The notes under the pieces were generated by a model, which saw only the letters and a list, made by a program, of their open reading frames with translations, was not told where the DNA came from and did not search any database. The translations under genes and the position numbers were made by a program. 64,000 bases of DNA from Patellaria atrata CBS 101060. Taxonomy: Eukaryota. Positions 49,500 through 61,466 of the stretch are shown here, piece after piece (within the stretch, counting starts at the first letter, position 1; the number at the start of each line of letters is the position of its first letter). The stretch spans positions 408,745 to 472,744 of the forward strand of contig MU006100.1 of assembly GCA_010093705.1 (NCBI GenBank), given 5' to 3'.

Positions 49500-50918
49500 A
49501 TGAACTCAATGAATACGACCCTTTATCCACCCCACTACATCTTAGATCCTCTCGACGAGGAAATAAGGGGTGCGATAACCCTGTGTTCCATCAACGGGCG
49601 CTCCTCAGAAGCTTCCGATGAAACAAGCACTACAACCGACCAAGAAGAGAAAAATACAGAAGATCCAGTTGAGGAATTGGTGTGGAAGAACCCCCCTCCT
49701 GCCTACTTCAACAATATCCCACAACGCAAACCTGCCCCTCCAGCTAAATGGAGATACTTTGGAGGCTTGAGATCCTGGATCTGCAGAGACGATAGAGTCA
49801 ACTACGAGGACAACTTCGCCGGAGTCTCGCTCCTGATATCAAAGCCCCGTACGCCAGACGACAAATATAGCAACGTAAGCACCTGCGCTGTATGCTTAGA
49901 TTCCTTTTCCGACAACGACGTATATTCCCAGCCCCGTGTGCTGTGGTGCGGCCATGTCTTTTGCAGCACCTGTATTGCCCACTGGGTCGAAAAGTCGGCG
50001 GGACCGCTGGTACACTGCGAGTGTGGAAAATGCCGTGTGGTTTCCTGCCCCTTGTGCAGAAAAGAAATGTGGGAAAGCTGTACGAGGGATGTATCGAGAG
50101 TGGTGAGGTACCACGAGCTGGTAACGCGGGCGGTACAGAATGCGTCGTGGATGAACAGAGCGGTGGACAAGCTTCGCTCGCAGCCTAAAGAGCGTCTGGA
50201 TAGAGGGATCAGGTATTATCATCGCTCTTCAAGCGCACTTGAGGACGAGAATGTGTGGTATCAGCTTGGACACGGCTCTGGTACCGTGATCCAAGATGCG
50301 AGAAGCGCCCCGCCGGAGTGGTGGTGGTCGACCAGGAGAGCTGTTCTGCTCTCCTGGACCCAGATGGTGCGCCTGGGAATACATGTCCCTCGGAGACGAC
50401 GCTGGGGTAATACAGGATCTCATTTTCTCGAGGGGATTACGGAACAACACATCGATTCGGACGCAGACGATGAAGCTAGCGAAGGGGAAGAAAACTCATC
50501 GGACGAAACCAGCGAAGGCTTCGAGCTGTATTCCAGCCCTAGTGAAGAAGATTCGTCGCACGTATTCAGTGAAGACCTCGAGCTGTATGTGAGCCCTGGC
50601 GAAGATCAAGACGGGCTGTCGGACGGGCTAGCCGACAGTCCCAGTGAAGAGGAATATGGCTCAGCCCACGAAACTAGCGAACAGGAAGATGAGCCGGCTG
50701 CTGAACCAGCTGAAGAGGAAGGCTCAACTCCCGATTCAGCGAGCGAAGAAGAAGCCGTAGAACCTGTATATGACCTTGAAATACGGGCAAATGTAAGCCC
50801 AGAGTTGGTCACCCTCTTCAGAACCAGAGATCGATTCTTGCACGGATCGATACGGTACGCGGACATCCTAGAGCTCCGGCGCATTCTAACAGGTTTAGAG
50901 AGAACTTTGAGCTCATAA
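49500..50918 (+). CDS. RING-HC zinc-finger protein (putative E3 ligase) with acidic repeat tail
   Basis: CAVC..CGHVFCSTC..CPLC; intronless ORF; repeated SPSEE / ELY.SP units in the acidic region. Confidence 0.85.
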   Translation: MNSMNTTLYPPHYILDPLDEEIRGAITLCSINGRSSEASDETSTTTDQEEKNTEDPVEELVWKNPPPAYFNNIPQRKPAPPAKWRYFGGLRSWICRDDRVNYEDNFAGVSLLISKPRTPDDKYSNVSTCAVCLDSFSDNDVYSQPRVLWCGHVFCSTCIAHWVEKSAGPLVHCECGKCRVVSCPLCRKEMWESCTRDVSRVVRYHELVTRAVQNASWMNRAVDKLRSQPKERLDRGIRYYHRSSSALEDENVWYQLGHGSGTVIQDARSAPPEWWWSTRRAVLLSWTQMVRLGIHVPRRRRWGNTGSHFLEGITEQHIDSDADDEASEGEENSSDETSEGFELYSSPSEEDSSHVFSEDLELYVSPGEDQDGLSDGLADSPSEEEYGSAHETSEQEDEPAAEPAEEEGSTPDSASEEEAVEPVYDLEIRANVSPELVTLFRTRDRFLHGSIRYADILELRRILTGLERTLSS

Positions 50919-52591
50919 TGGAACTGAACCTTACATGAGCGGGCTCCGAATCATATTGTAAATAGTCATTTATATTCGTAGTTGTTACTTTAAATGTTAT
51001 TCTTTCCCTATCGTGGCGATGGTGCCCTACTATACGATAGCATTTCAATCTATATTTGACTTTAGCGTAGAAAATATGGGAATGTGCGCAGAACTCTGAT
51101 TCAAATTAATGACCTATCAATAGTGATTCAGATTTTATATACATAGCCTTGAAATTGTCTCTAACATTGCTGTGCAAAAAGAATTCGGAAGTTACGGGGG
51201 AGTCTTGACTTTACATAGGAGTTGACTGTACTGATAATGGAAGTCACTTAATACTTCAGAATTAACAACCCGCTGGAAGTCTTTCAGGAAGTGTACAGAA
51301 ATCTAGGGAAACTGAGATTGATAAGAAAGGGGTTTTCCGCTAACAGTTTAAGGGACGTTGTTTTTGAAACCCTGACGCCAATTACCAATGAATGTAAATA
51401 AATCAAGGTTTGAGCTCACTGAAAAGTTTTGCATACGAATTTTACGCTCTGGCGATCAGAAATGCGCTGAATGACGTTGAAGGAGCAGTATTCGTGTTAC
51501 TCTACTATTTTACACTTCCTCTTTTGACTTTGTCTAATCCTTCCCTGTGCTGTTTCCCTCTACAATCATAGTTCACTATAAACTTCATTCATACATATGA
51601 AAATACCATCGTACTGAACTGGGAGAGGTTTGAGAGTGAAATATCTTGACAAGACTGACTAGAGTAGCATCCGGTGACCGGTTTGCGGTAAAGAGAAAGC
51701 GTACAGGACAGTGTACAAAGCATGACATGGGTGGAGGAGCTGCTCGTTTTCGGGTAACCATGTGTGCGATCGCTAATGTGACAACGAGGTCGTACGAGAA
51801 CGGATATCTTCCCCTCGACGAGACTTGAAACTATGGATCAGACGAATCTCTCTTTTTGTATTTCCCGATTTTGCAAATTTCGATAATTGACGCAACCGGT
51901 ATTACTTCTCCAACTGTTTGAGCGCGTATTCTGACAGATGTGTACTACTCTTCATTCTTTCGCACAACGGCTGCTTGTTTTTGGCCTCGTATATTCACTT
52001 CCTGTACACAAGAAAAAAGTCTTTCAGATCTTGTCACTTCCATATCGGAACACATAGATGAATATCTTTTCGCGTTCTTTTCCCCATAGTAGTTAAGGGA
52101 CCGAAAGTGCTTGCCATATCAGTACACCCTCGATATTTAGTAATTATACTAGCTGATCCGAGATCGGGTAGCGAAGAAATGGTAGCATTTGTTTGGTTGC
52201 AGTTGATAGCTTTGTACTGCTTTCGGTAGCCTTAGAAAGGACATTCTGCATGTTTTACGTCTCTGTCCTTCGAATGGTCCACCCTCGTTCTTCGCTTTAC
52301 AACACTAGCCTTCTCATAAGGCTTCCGCAAACAAGATTTGAACGTAGAAGAAGGATATGTCGGGTATGTCAAAACTCAGAAGATGTACGAATTACCCCAC
52401 ACCGACCTTTGAGTGAGATGATCAGGGACATTATTATATCGTCATCACCGGAATTGGTGCGACGGAACACGGTTATGTACTTTGGTTTTCTGTTGCTCTC
52501 CTCGTAACTCAATAATATAAAGTACTCAAGTATATCACTCCAATGTGACGACTCCTCAACCGTTGGAATCATCCCAAGAATACTTTGAAAA

Positions 52592-53442
52592 ATGGCTTCC
52601 ATACGCAACCTACTACTGTCTTTGACCATCTTTGCTGGTACCGGGTTCACAGTTGTCACACCAGATGCCACCTGCGGTTCAGCTAACGGATACACCTGTC
52701 CTGGCTCGCAATGGGGTAATTGCTGTGGTCGGTATGGTTGGTGGTGAGTGATCATCTTAGACTTAGAACATCTAGCTTTAACGTCCCCTTACCGTCAATG
52801 CAGTGGGAGCACCGACGTATATTGCGGTGCAGGTTGTCAGCCAGCATATGGATTCTGTGGTTCAAACGACCAACCACCCGTTTTAGTCAGTCGCCAGTAC
52901 CCGCACCAACTCATCCATCTCTCGAGTGCGAGTCCAAACACTGCTTTTGGGACTTTCTTTTATGGTTCTGTTTTAAGGAGCGCGGATGGTTCCTCCCAGA
53001 GATGGAATGAGATTCTCTTCGACGTCCCAAATAACGATGCGACTACTTGTAGAATTAACTTCACTGTACCCCCTGGTTCAAACGGAGCAGGTCCCAACTG
53101 GTCAGCTTCAGGAAACCCTCCCGCCATGGATGTTAGTGAAATCAACGGTATTCCAGACCCTAGTACGGATACTTGGAACAGCCATCCACCATTTGGCAAC
53201 CGCGTCGGGACAATACGAATAGCATCAAATGGCGCAGTAGCCTTATCGCCATCAACTGGAATAATAGTTCCTTGTAGAAAGGGTCAGGCTCAAAGTTTCC
53301 TGTTGTCATCACTTGCTAATGGTATCAATGTGACGTGGTATGGTGAGTAAATATCCGGAGTTGTCATCAAGTGTATCCACTGATACAAATTATAGAACTT
53401 GATAATCCGATCACGGGGATAACTTACGAGATGTGGAGATAA
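52592..53442 (+). CDS. Secreted CBM18 (hevein-like) chitin-binding protein with C-terminal But2-like domain; introns 52744-52803 and 53343-53395
   Basis: Signal peptide [61 protein letters not shown]. Then YPHQLI..SSASPNTAFG, FDVP..ATTCRINF, PC..G, VTWYELDNP..GITY. Confidence 0.85.
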
Positions 53443-55739
53443 GAAAGTCCATCGCATTTTTGGTACATTTCATCAACAAGAAGTATCTCCTCGTAGGACT
53501 TCAATACCTTCATTTCTTTTAAGTGGTCCATTGAACTGTCCACACACTCCCTCCTTTGTTTTGATGAGAGATGATCCTATATTAGTATTCACGAAAAGTA
53601 GCGGTATATTGTATATTAGATCCCAAACATATTTGGGTCATCGACATAACCTTAGCGTGTTCAGTGTTAGTGTTGAGTTCGAGAATCGACTGTGATGCAC
53701 ATACCTCGTACCGCAAACCGCTGGCAGGCCCAGCTTTCTGCATCATTGCCAGTGGACCATGGAAGAATATAATACTGCCGTTGGTTGGTCCTAAAAGATT
53801 CTCCTTGGTCATATCTTCGTTGACATGGCCCGTAAGAGTGTCTTTCAAACATATGTCGGTCTCACAGCATAAAAACTATGTTTCAAAGCTGCCATTGCGA
53901 TCCGCACCCTATCGTTACCGTTGTGAGGACCTCTCAAGAATGCGATTTCTTGAGGACTGTACTTTCTGCAAATTTTCTCCTTGGATTTACGGGTGGATTT
54001 GCTAAAGCTATCATAATGTTTGCTGTCGCATTATTCTCGCTTCCATTGGTGTGCTCCTATTGCGTATTTGTATTATCCTCATTTAAGGCGTTATCGTTTT
54101 GATTGCTGTTATCACATTCTTTTTTCTCTTTTCCATTCTAAACATTTCCCTTATTTGTGCTTATTCGTGTATGCCAACGCAGGGGGTTTAGCTAATGGAA
54201 ATGCTATACAACGCATTACAAGACAAGGGAAATACCGCTCTGTTAGACAGGAATTTAGGGACTCTAGCGTCAAAATGACTTGTTTCCTGTGAATCTTCGA
54301 ATAGCTCTTGAAGTTTTTCTTATTTCAAGCTCTCCGGGGTTTGTTGAAGACTTTTGGACGTGTCGTAAGAACGACGTTAGAACTAGTTCTAGTCTGAGAC
54401 TTGAATGATTCGTGAGCCAAGATAACTTTAATTTAACCAACTACTGCTGCGGAAGTCCATCTCAACCTCTCTGTTTTCCTTAAGCATACATAGTATCTGA
54501 TGTTAACAATAATATCATCACTTGCGGCAAAATATGAGTACAATATGATGGTATCTTTTATTCTCTCCAGGTCATAGAACTTATGCCTCGGTTCCGGAAC
54601 AATGTAAAGCTTTTTGTGATTCGCAAAATGTGAGTGGCCTCAAAGGATTCCGCTAAACACACTCCCCACCAATTAATCAAGTTTTAATAATGGGGGCTGA
54701 TTACTTTCCACGCTGTCTCCGCATTTCATCGTCATTCCCGTTCGAAGCGAGTCAAATGAAGCATCGTTACCCCTGATCGGGAGCGAAACAAGTCGTCTCG
54801 GCATCATCTGGAATCTCTTTTTAAGGCAGAAACAAATCTCAGTGGCGCGCAGCACGCGAGCGTAAGACCTGCTATTAAACGTTGTTATCCATGAATCCAT
54901 GCATACTTTTCACGGTTTTCTTCAACCAGTCCCAGTCTACGGTAGTCTCTATTCTCCAGGTAAGCATAACAATGACCGCGCTTGCCAGTCTTAACAAGAG
55001 AGCCCAGTTGCCAGCTTGATCAATGCCGGATTGCCGGCTCTTGTTATGGCTATCGCCGTGAGATCACGAAATAGGATTACCCATGGTACTGGTATCCGCC
55101 AGGTATAACAACACCCCACTCGCCAGCCACTCCCGTCTACTGGTGGTCCGTCTGTAAGATATTGAGTCTTTACGTTGTAGCTTTCATAGCTTCTCGCGTC
55201 CCTTCCATATTCTAAAGGGTGAAGATAGGGCCAAAAATGGTACAGTACTGTACAAAGCTTACTATCCGCGCGTGCCACGCTATCGACTCATACATGATGT
55301 AGCTAAGTTCTATAAAAGCAGATAATTTTTCCAGTCCTATAATAGTCGCTTAGCTGTCGATCTCAAAGATCAACTGGAAAAATCAGACCAAAGGATCATT
55401 TGACAAGCATAAAGAGCAGGGATCAGGCTTCTCAATAGTCCATTTGAGCCACATACGCAAAGTACCTCATCCTCCATAGCCTATACGGAGAATTCTTTCT
55501 CAAAGAACAACCGAGGCATGACGATACGCTGACCTTTGTGTACTGAGTGTTCGGCGACGGCATATTCTGATGTCTAGGCAAATTCCGTATCCTTATAGGA
55601 AGTATGCTAAATCCGCGAAGGTTAAGGATAAGGAGTCAGACAGGTCTGCTTTCGGGATATAAGGGCAGCATGTCTTCTCTTAATCGCATTCTATGCAGAA
55701 GTTTGTCATATCGCTTTCCTTTGTCAATCTCCTACCATA

Positions 55740-57274
55740 ATGCGTCTCGCACTTTTTACTGCTCTGTTTGCGGCGCAGTCTGCCCTCGCTTTCCCATGGC
55801 TAAGGAAGGAGGGGTTTGACGCACTTTTTAACCATCCCGAGGCCCGTAAAGTCCTCAAGGGGACACTAGAAGAATATCACGCTGGGCAGAGCGGAAAGGT
55901 CAAACGCCAGGTGAACACTGGAGTTGGTAACGGTGTTATCACTCTACTGGGAGGATCAGTCCAAGCAGTTCTGGACAATGTGTTGGGCTTGATTCCAACT
56001 AATGACGCTGTGAGAGGGCTGAAGAAGTTCCCAGAACGTAAGTTGATATCAAAATTTCATGTCGGCATCTCTCTCTAACAACCTCTCCAGCTGCCCATCC
56101 TTTCCGAGCCCCTGGCCCTACTGATCAAAGAGGACCCTGCCCTGGACTGAATACTCTAGCGAATCATGGATGTAAGTCATCGAAACACCCGTATATGTGC
56201 TTTCCTAACCGGAAAATCGTAGACATCCCTCGTAATGGTATCGCCACGATCGGCCAAATCAACGCCGGCACAGCCAGACTCTTCAACATGGGCGTCGACC
56301 TCTCCACTCTCCTCGCAACCGGTGGCGCCATCGACGGTGGCGATATCTTCTCTCAAAAAATGAGCATCGGCGGCCGCGACGACCGTGTCGGACTGCTCAG
56401 CGGAGAGCTCAACGCCATCTTCGGCACACCCTCCGGCATCGCCGGCCACGGCAAGTTCAACGAAGGCGACGCCTCCGCCACCCGCAACGACTTCTACCTC
56501 TCCGGCGACAACATATCCTTCCAACCCGAACTCTTCAAACAACTGCATCAGCAGGCCCTCGCACGAGGCAACGGCACATACTCCGTCGAAGCCATCAAAG
56601 AGCACTTCAAGAACCGCTACCGCGACTCCAAGGCCGCGAACCCCCAATTTTACTTCAACCTCCCGAGTTCCGGCGTCGTGATGGGGGCGTACTACTTCAT
56701 CCCCGGGTTCTTTTCCAACGGGACCATTGGTGCCGGTGGTATTGCAAACGAGGCGTCCATCACCTCTTTTTACGGCGCGAAGCCGTCTCGTACGGGCCGA
56801 GACGCCTGGCGCGATCCCGACCTCACTTACACGCACGTCCCCGAGCGCATCCCGGAACAAGGCTGGTACCGTCGCGCGACTCCTATGACTATTCCAGAAG
56901 CTGTCGCCGGCATCCTCGACGTATACCTCTACTCCATGCCGCCGATGGGCGGATCCGGTGCCGCCCAATCTTGGGTCGTAGGGCCAGTCAATATCCCGAA
57001 TAGCCCCCAGGGATTCAGCTGCTTTTTGTACAATGCGATTTTCGCGAACTTTCCGTCTGAGATCTTTAATAGTGTCAGATTGGTGCAGGCGGTGGTGAAC
57101 GGGTTGAGTCGGTTGGTCGTGCCGGGGTATAAGGCGCTCGGATGTACGGTGGATTATCCGGATGCGACGGGGGCGGCGGTACCGGCGGCTTATGATAGGT
57201 GGGCGGAGAGGTATGTGGGGAAGGCAAAGTTGGAGGCGGTGGGAAGTGGGTGGTATAAGGGGGATAGGTCGTGA
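55740..57274 (+). CDS. Secreted heme-thiolate peroxidase (unspecific peroxygenase / chloroperoxidase family); introns ~56038-56090 and ~56172-56222
   Basis: Signal peptide; DQRGPCPGLNTLANHG (proximal Cys); HGKFNEGDASATRNDFY; PERIPEQGWYRR. Confidence 0.95.
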
Positions 57275-57796
57275 TGGTGTAATCTTGTGTGGGTAATGTT
57301 GTATATAAATAAAGGGGTAGATCCAATATGTATAATGCTGTAATGAGTAATCAAAGATTTTATAACTTTAGGAGCAGGGAATCGATGAACGTGCTATTGT
57401 CACAAATATGAGGGAAATGTTAAAAACAAACACTATATAAAATAACAATCATCTCGCTTATCCCGATTGAGCATCCATCGAATTCTGTAGGTTCGCTGAA
57501 TATCTCCAAGAGAAGGGGGGTCGAGCACAAAGATCAACCGACCTCTATCGTCTATGTAGATACGCATATAAGAGGGTACAGTACAATTGGCACGACAAGG
57601 GGAGGGATAAATATGCCACCATCCAATTCCCCCCTCATACACAGCAAAAAAACGACACGGGAGAAATACGAAATGAGTGCAAAAAGACCAGCAGAAACTC
57701 GAGCCAAACCCGATGTGTCCGCAGGCAACACCAGTCCCACGACATACTCATCTCCAGACCCCTTGATCCGTCCCCTCACCTATAAGTTCCAAGGAA

Positions 57797-58572
57797 TCAG
57801 CACCTCATAACCCGGTGGATTTTACGACAATGATCCAACATCTTGTCACGGCGGTAGAACACCTTCCAGAAATCTGGAGATGTGCAGACGATATCGCGAG
57901 CACAAGAATCATGCTTCCGCATGTGGCGGTCGCGATCGATTTTCCGGGCGAAGGTGCGGAATTCGCAGCCTGGAGAGGTGCATTTGAACAGGCGAGGTGG
58001 TGGGGTTTGTTACGGTGTTTTGGTAGCAGAAGGGGAATTGGTTGTGCGTGGAGTGGAGTCGGTACTTGCGGTTTCATGTGAGGGAAGGGTTGGGATGGTG
58101 TAAAGAGTCGATGTCGTCGGTGATGGGTGGGTGTTGTCTAGTGTAGAGTAGGTTTGGTTGCTGTAGAGGATGTTAGGGTTTATAAATGTTTGTTCTGGGG
58201 TTCGATTCAGGACATACGCTGTGTGTGCACCAGCAGAGTGATCTAGGTTGAGCAGAAAGGGTTCAATAGTCCCAGAGCCGAGCGTTCCAGGGGGGAGCTC
58301 TATAGTTATGGGTGCTATGGGTTCTATGGAATGTGTTGGAGCTGGTTGACGATTGTCCGATGGAAGATTTGAAGGAACATGCGATGTGCTATCAATCATG
58401 CTGTCAAGGGCCGTTTCATATGGGGCATTCGCTCCGAGTTCATGGCTAGGCGGTAGCACATGTTGTAAGCAGTCTTCGGGCGAAATTATCGTTGCAAGGT
58501 CCAAACCAAAGTGTGATACTAAGCCTTGAAGATTATCACCGTCGAACTTGTCCCATCGAGCGCGGATGAGAA
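57797..58572 (-). pseudogene. C2H2 zinc-finger transcription factor, disrupted; fingers missed by ORF track
   Basis: In frame after the TAA at 58010-58012: FKCTSPGCEFRTFARKIDRDRHMRKH..IVCTSPDFWKVFYRRDKMLDHCRKIH. Start not identified. Confidence 0.7.
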
Positions 58573-60164
58573 TTTAGATTGAGCATCGACTTGAGCATTA
58601 TACTCCCTACCCGAGAAACTGGATGGCAATTGGATACCGGGAGTGAATTCAGTGCTCTCTTGAGGTTCGTTTGGTAACAAAGAGGAATTTTCGTACTTCC
58701 AATGAGTATCTGAACCGGTTGTGGAACGATGAAAGCAGAAGAAATGGTTCTATTGCAGTGACTGAGAGACTAGTTGAGTTCCAGATGGGTGGACAGGATG
58801 AACCGGGACACTAAAGTGTTAGAAGAAATTTCATTACAATCAAGTCTTCGTTATGAAAACCTACCACAGGATCGGCCCACAAGATGTCTCTACTTTGACC
58901 AGATCGCATAGACCGTAAGGACTGCATCTCTGCAGAACTGTTGATGTATCGTTGTAAAAGGTACAATTGGTCCTAAATGTTGCCGCCTTCGATTACGGTA
59001 AGTATGAATCTACGCTAACGAAGGGTTTAGTGGTTAGATGAACTTCCACTCACTCGTGCTAACGGTTCAGTACTAAAGCAACGAAAAAATACTTTATCAT
59101 TGTATACTGAACCCTCAGTACGAGACATTTTGGGCCTCTGTATTGAGACTGGGTTATAGTCCTTCCAAGTATCCGGTTACGGCCAGGAACCCAATCCCAC
59201 GTGCTGTAGTATCCTGTTGGATTCGTTCCCGTTTCCCTGGATTCAAATTTCTCCGGTAGATGGAGTTGTTAATCGAAAGCTCAGCCCTGATTCCGTCACA
59301 GACTATTAAGGCGAAAGTAAGGAACAACAGCGTTTGTTGATGAGAGTAATTGTTACATTCATCTAAGGAGATCAAAATCGAGGAATAAAAATTAACTAGA
59401 CCACTCTAGGGATGGAAAATATAGTCAGACAATATCCTCGTGAGATCCAGAATTGATTGACCCCTTAATCCTTAAAGATATTGGAGTAAGTGACCGAATG
59501 ATCTAGGGAAGAGAGCGATGAGAATGGTAAGCTTATGCCACAGAATGAGTACCGGGTCCAGAGACAGCATATCCACGAAGTTCAGAAACGCAGAGAGCAA
59601 TGACTCTGGAGCTTAACTAATTGCAAGTAAGTAATGCAGGAAGATTAGAAGCAGACTGATCCGTCCAAAGATATATTCGAGGTTCACGGCGCCCTTTAGC
59701 ACTCCAATTTTGAGGGGTCGTAAATAAGGAAAAAAGGGCGCACGCCAAGAAAGAGGCAAAACGTTAACCACCTATCAAAACGGTTTATACCGTTATGTCT
59801 GCGCCCTTTTCGGTTCCGGTCAAGAGCTTCAACCTCGTAGAGATTAGAGCGGTACCTCTACCAATTCACCTTTTGATGTAGTAGCTTTTGATAGCGTTTA
59901 AGAGAAGAGAAATTTACGTCCGCTAATTAACCTTACCTTTACCGGTGTGATCCGAAATGGGATTTTGATGGGAGTACTCGACATGACAAGACAACAGGCA
60001 AGCGTGAAATTGATCATAGTGTATATATAATGACTTGTGCAAAGTTCTTTCTTAATATATTACTGCATAAAAGGATGACCAAATTGGGAGATAAAAGATA
60101 ACGAAAGGTGTCGCAGAGCAACGAGACCCATGAAGCTAGTCGCCCTCAAGACGATTTGTCCTCT

Positions 60165-61466
60165 CTAATTACCTCTTGCTCTAAACTCGCGCTCCATGGA
60201 ACGTCCCGGGAGCGCTGGAAGCCCTTCAATCGATGTTAGCAATCATCGAGTAGTGCAGCTGCATAACATAGGGCCAAGGAGGAGAGATGACTTACATCCT
60301 TCAATATCTTCATCTACAACAGCTTTCTGCGAGCACTTGTTCATATCCGCAAACGATTGTGTCTTGAGAATAGGGCAGTTCACGTAACATTTGGAATCGA
60401 GAACCCTTTGGAGAGCATCGCCCTTCCACCCAAACATGTAGTCGCCATGGTTACCGTAGCCGAGCCTGATTGAGAATAAGACATTACACATCGCGATACT
60501 CTAGCAGTATTACTTACGTGTCCCCAAAGCTCCAGACGAAGGGTTGAGAGCCATCTTCAGGCCACAATTTCGGATCGTTAAACGGTTTAGTGTCGAAGAT
60601 AACCTCAAAGAAGAGCTGAGCTGTTCTAACTGGGTGCGAAGCCGGACAAGGGCCTCCAGACTCGAAGGTTCCGCTCTCTGGATACGACATGTGGGCCATG
60701 TGATCGGGACTATCGAGGTTTACCCCGTCCCAACATCTTGACTTTATCAGCACACGAGTATCACCGGCGGCTACAGATACTTACGTAGGGAATCGAAGGT
60801 TTACCATAATCCCTGCAGGACACGGTTTATCCGGGAATTCTAGAGTTTCGGGTGAACGGGTATTGATATTTTTGAGACAGGTATAGGTAAGTTGGCGATA
60901 CCTTTGGGCTTCTGCTCGTGTAGTGAAGGTGGGATTACCAATAATCATACGGAAGCCCTGAGCATTGTTAGAAAGTCTTTTGTGAGGAACAAGAATATTT
61001 TCTTCAGACACACGGGTTTAAATGCAGTGGTTTTGACCGCTTGTTGACGACTATCTTCTATGTAATAGACGGTCATCCCACCCTTTGCTGCCTCAAATCC
61101 GGAGTTGGGAATTTGTGGGACACGCTTGTATGTCCCGTTCCTGGCCTTGAAGTACAAGATGGCAGTCCAATAATTGGAGAAGTTCTCGGCAAACTGGCAG
61201 GTAGTGCAAGTAGATGATGCTGGCATATCTTTCTTAGGATCCATGGTGATATTGAATGAGTTCTATCGTATTTAGCTGTAAACTATTCAGAGTCGATGCC
61301 AAAAGATACGCACTCCACCGATGATTTGATGCACGTGTGGCGATGGAGCCATTCCTGGGTTGACCAAGGGGTCAGTACGTTGAACGACAAGCTGTGAGCA
61401 GCCAAATCGAAGCAGCGCATATGATGGCGTAATGAGCGCAACGGCGGCGAGGAATCCTAACTGCAT
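60165..61466 (-). CDS. Secreted DUF1996-domain protein, ~6 exons
   Basis: Signal peptide, LLRFGCSQLVVQRTDPLVNPG..SPHVHQIIGG, CTTCQFAENFSNYWT, RFPTCWDGVNLDSPDHMAH, GYGNHGDYMFGWKGDALQR. Alternative ATG at 61484. Confidence 0.93.

Noticed and set aside
53582..55278. Several 60-110 aa ORFs, possibly a decayed gene
   Set aside because: Could not be joined into a coherent gene or assigned to any family by eye.
56177..56968. 263-aa minus-strand ORF, and similar long antisense ORFs over BMS1, the permease, OMT and IRC3
   Set aside because: Antisense shadows of well-supported genes with biased codon usage; no domain features.
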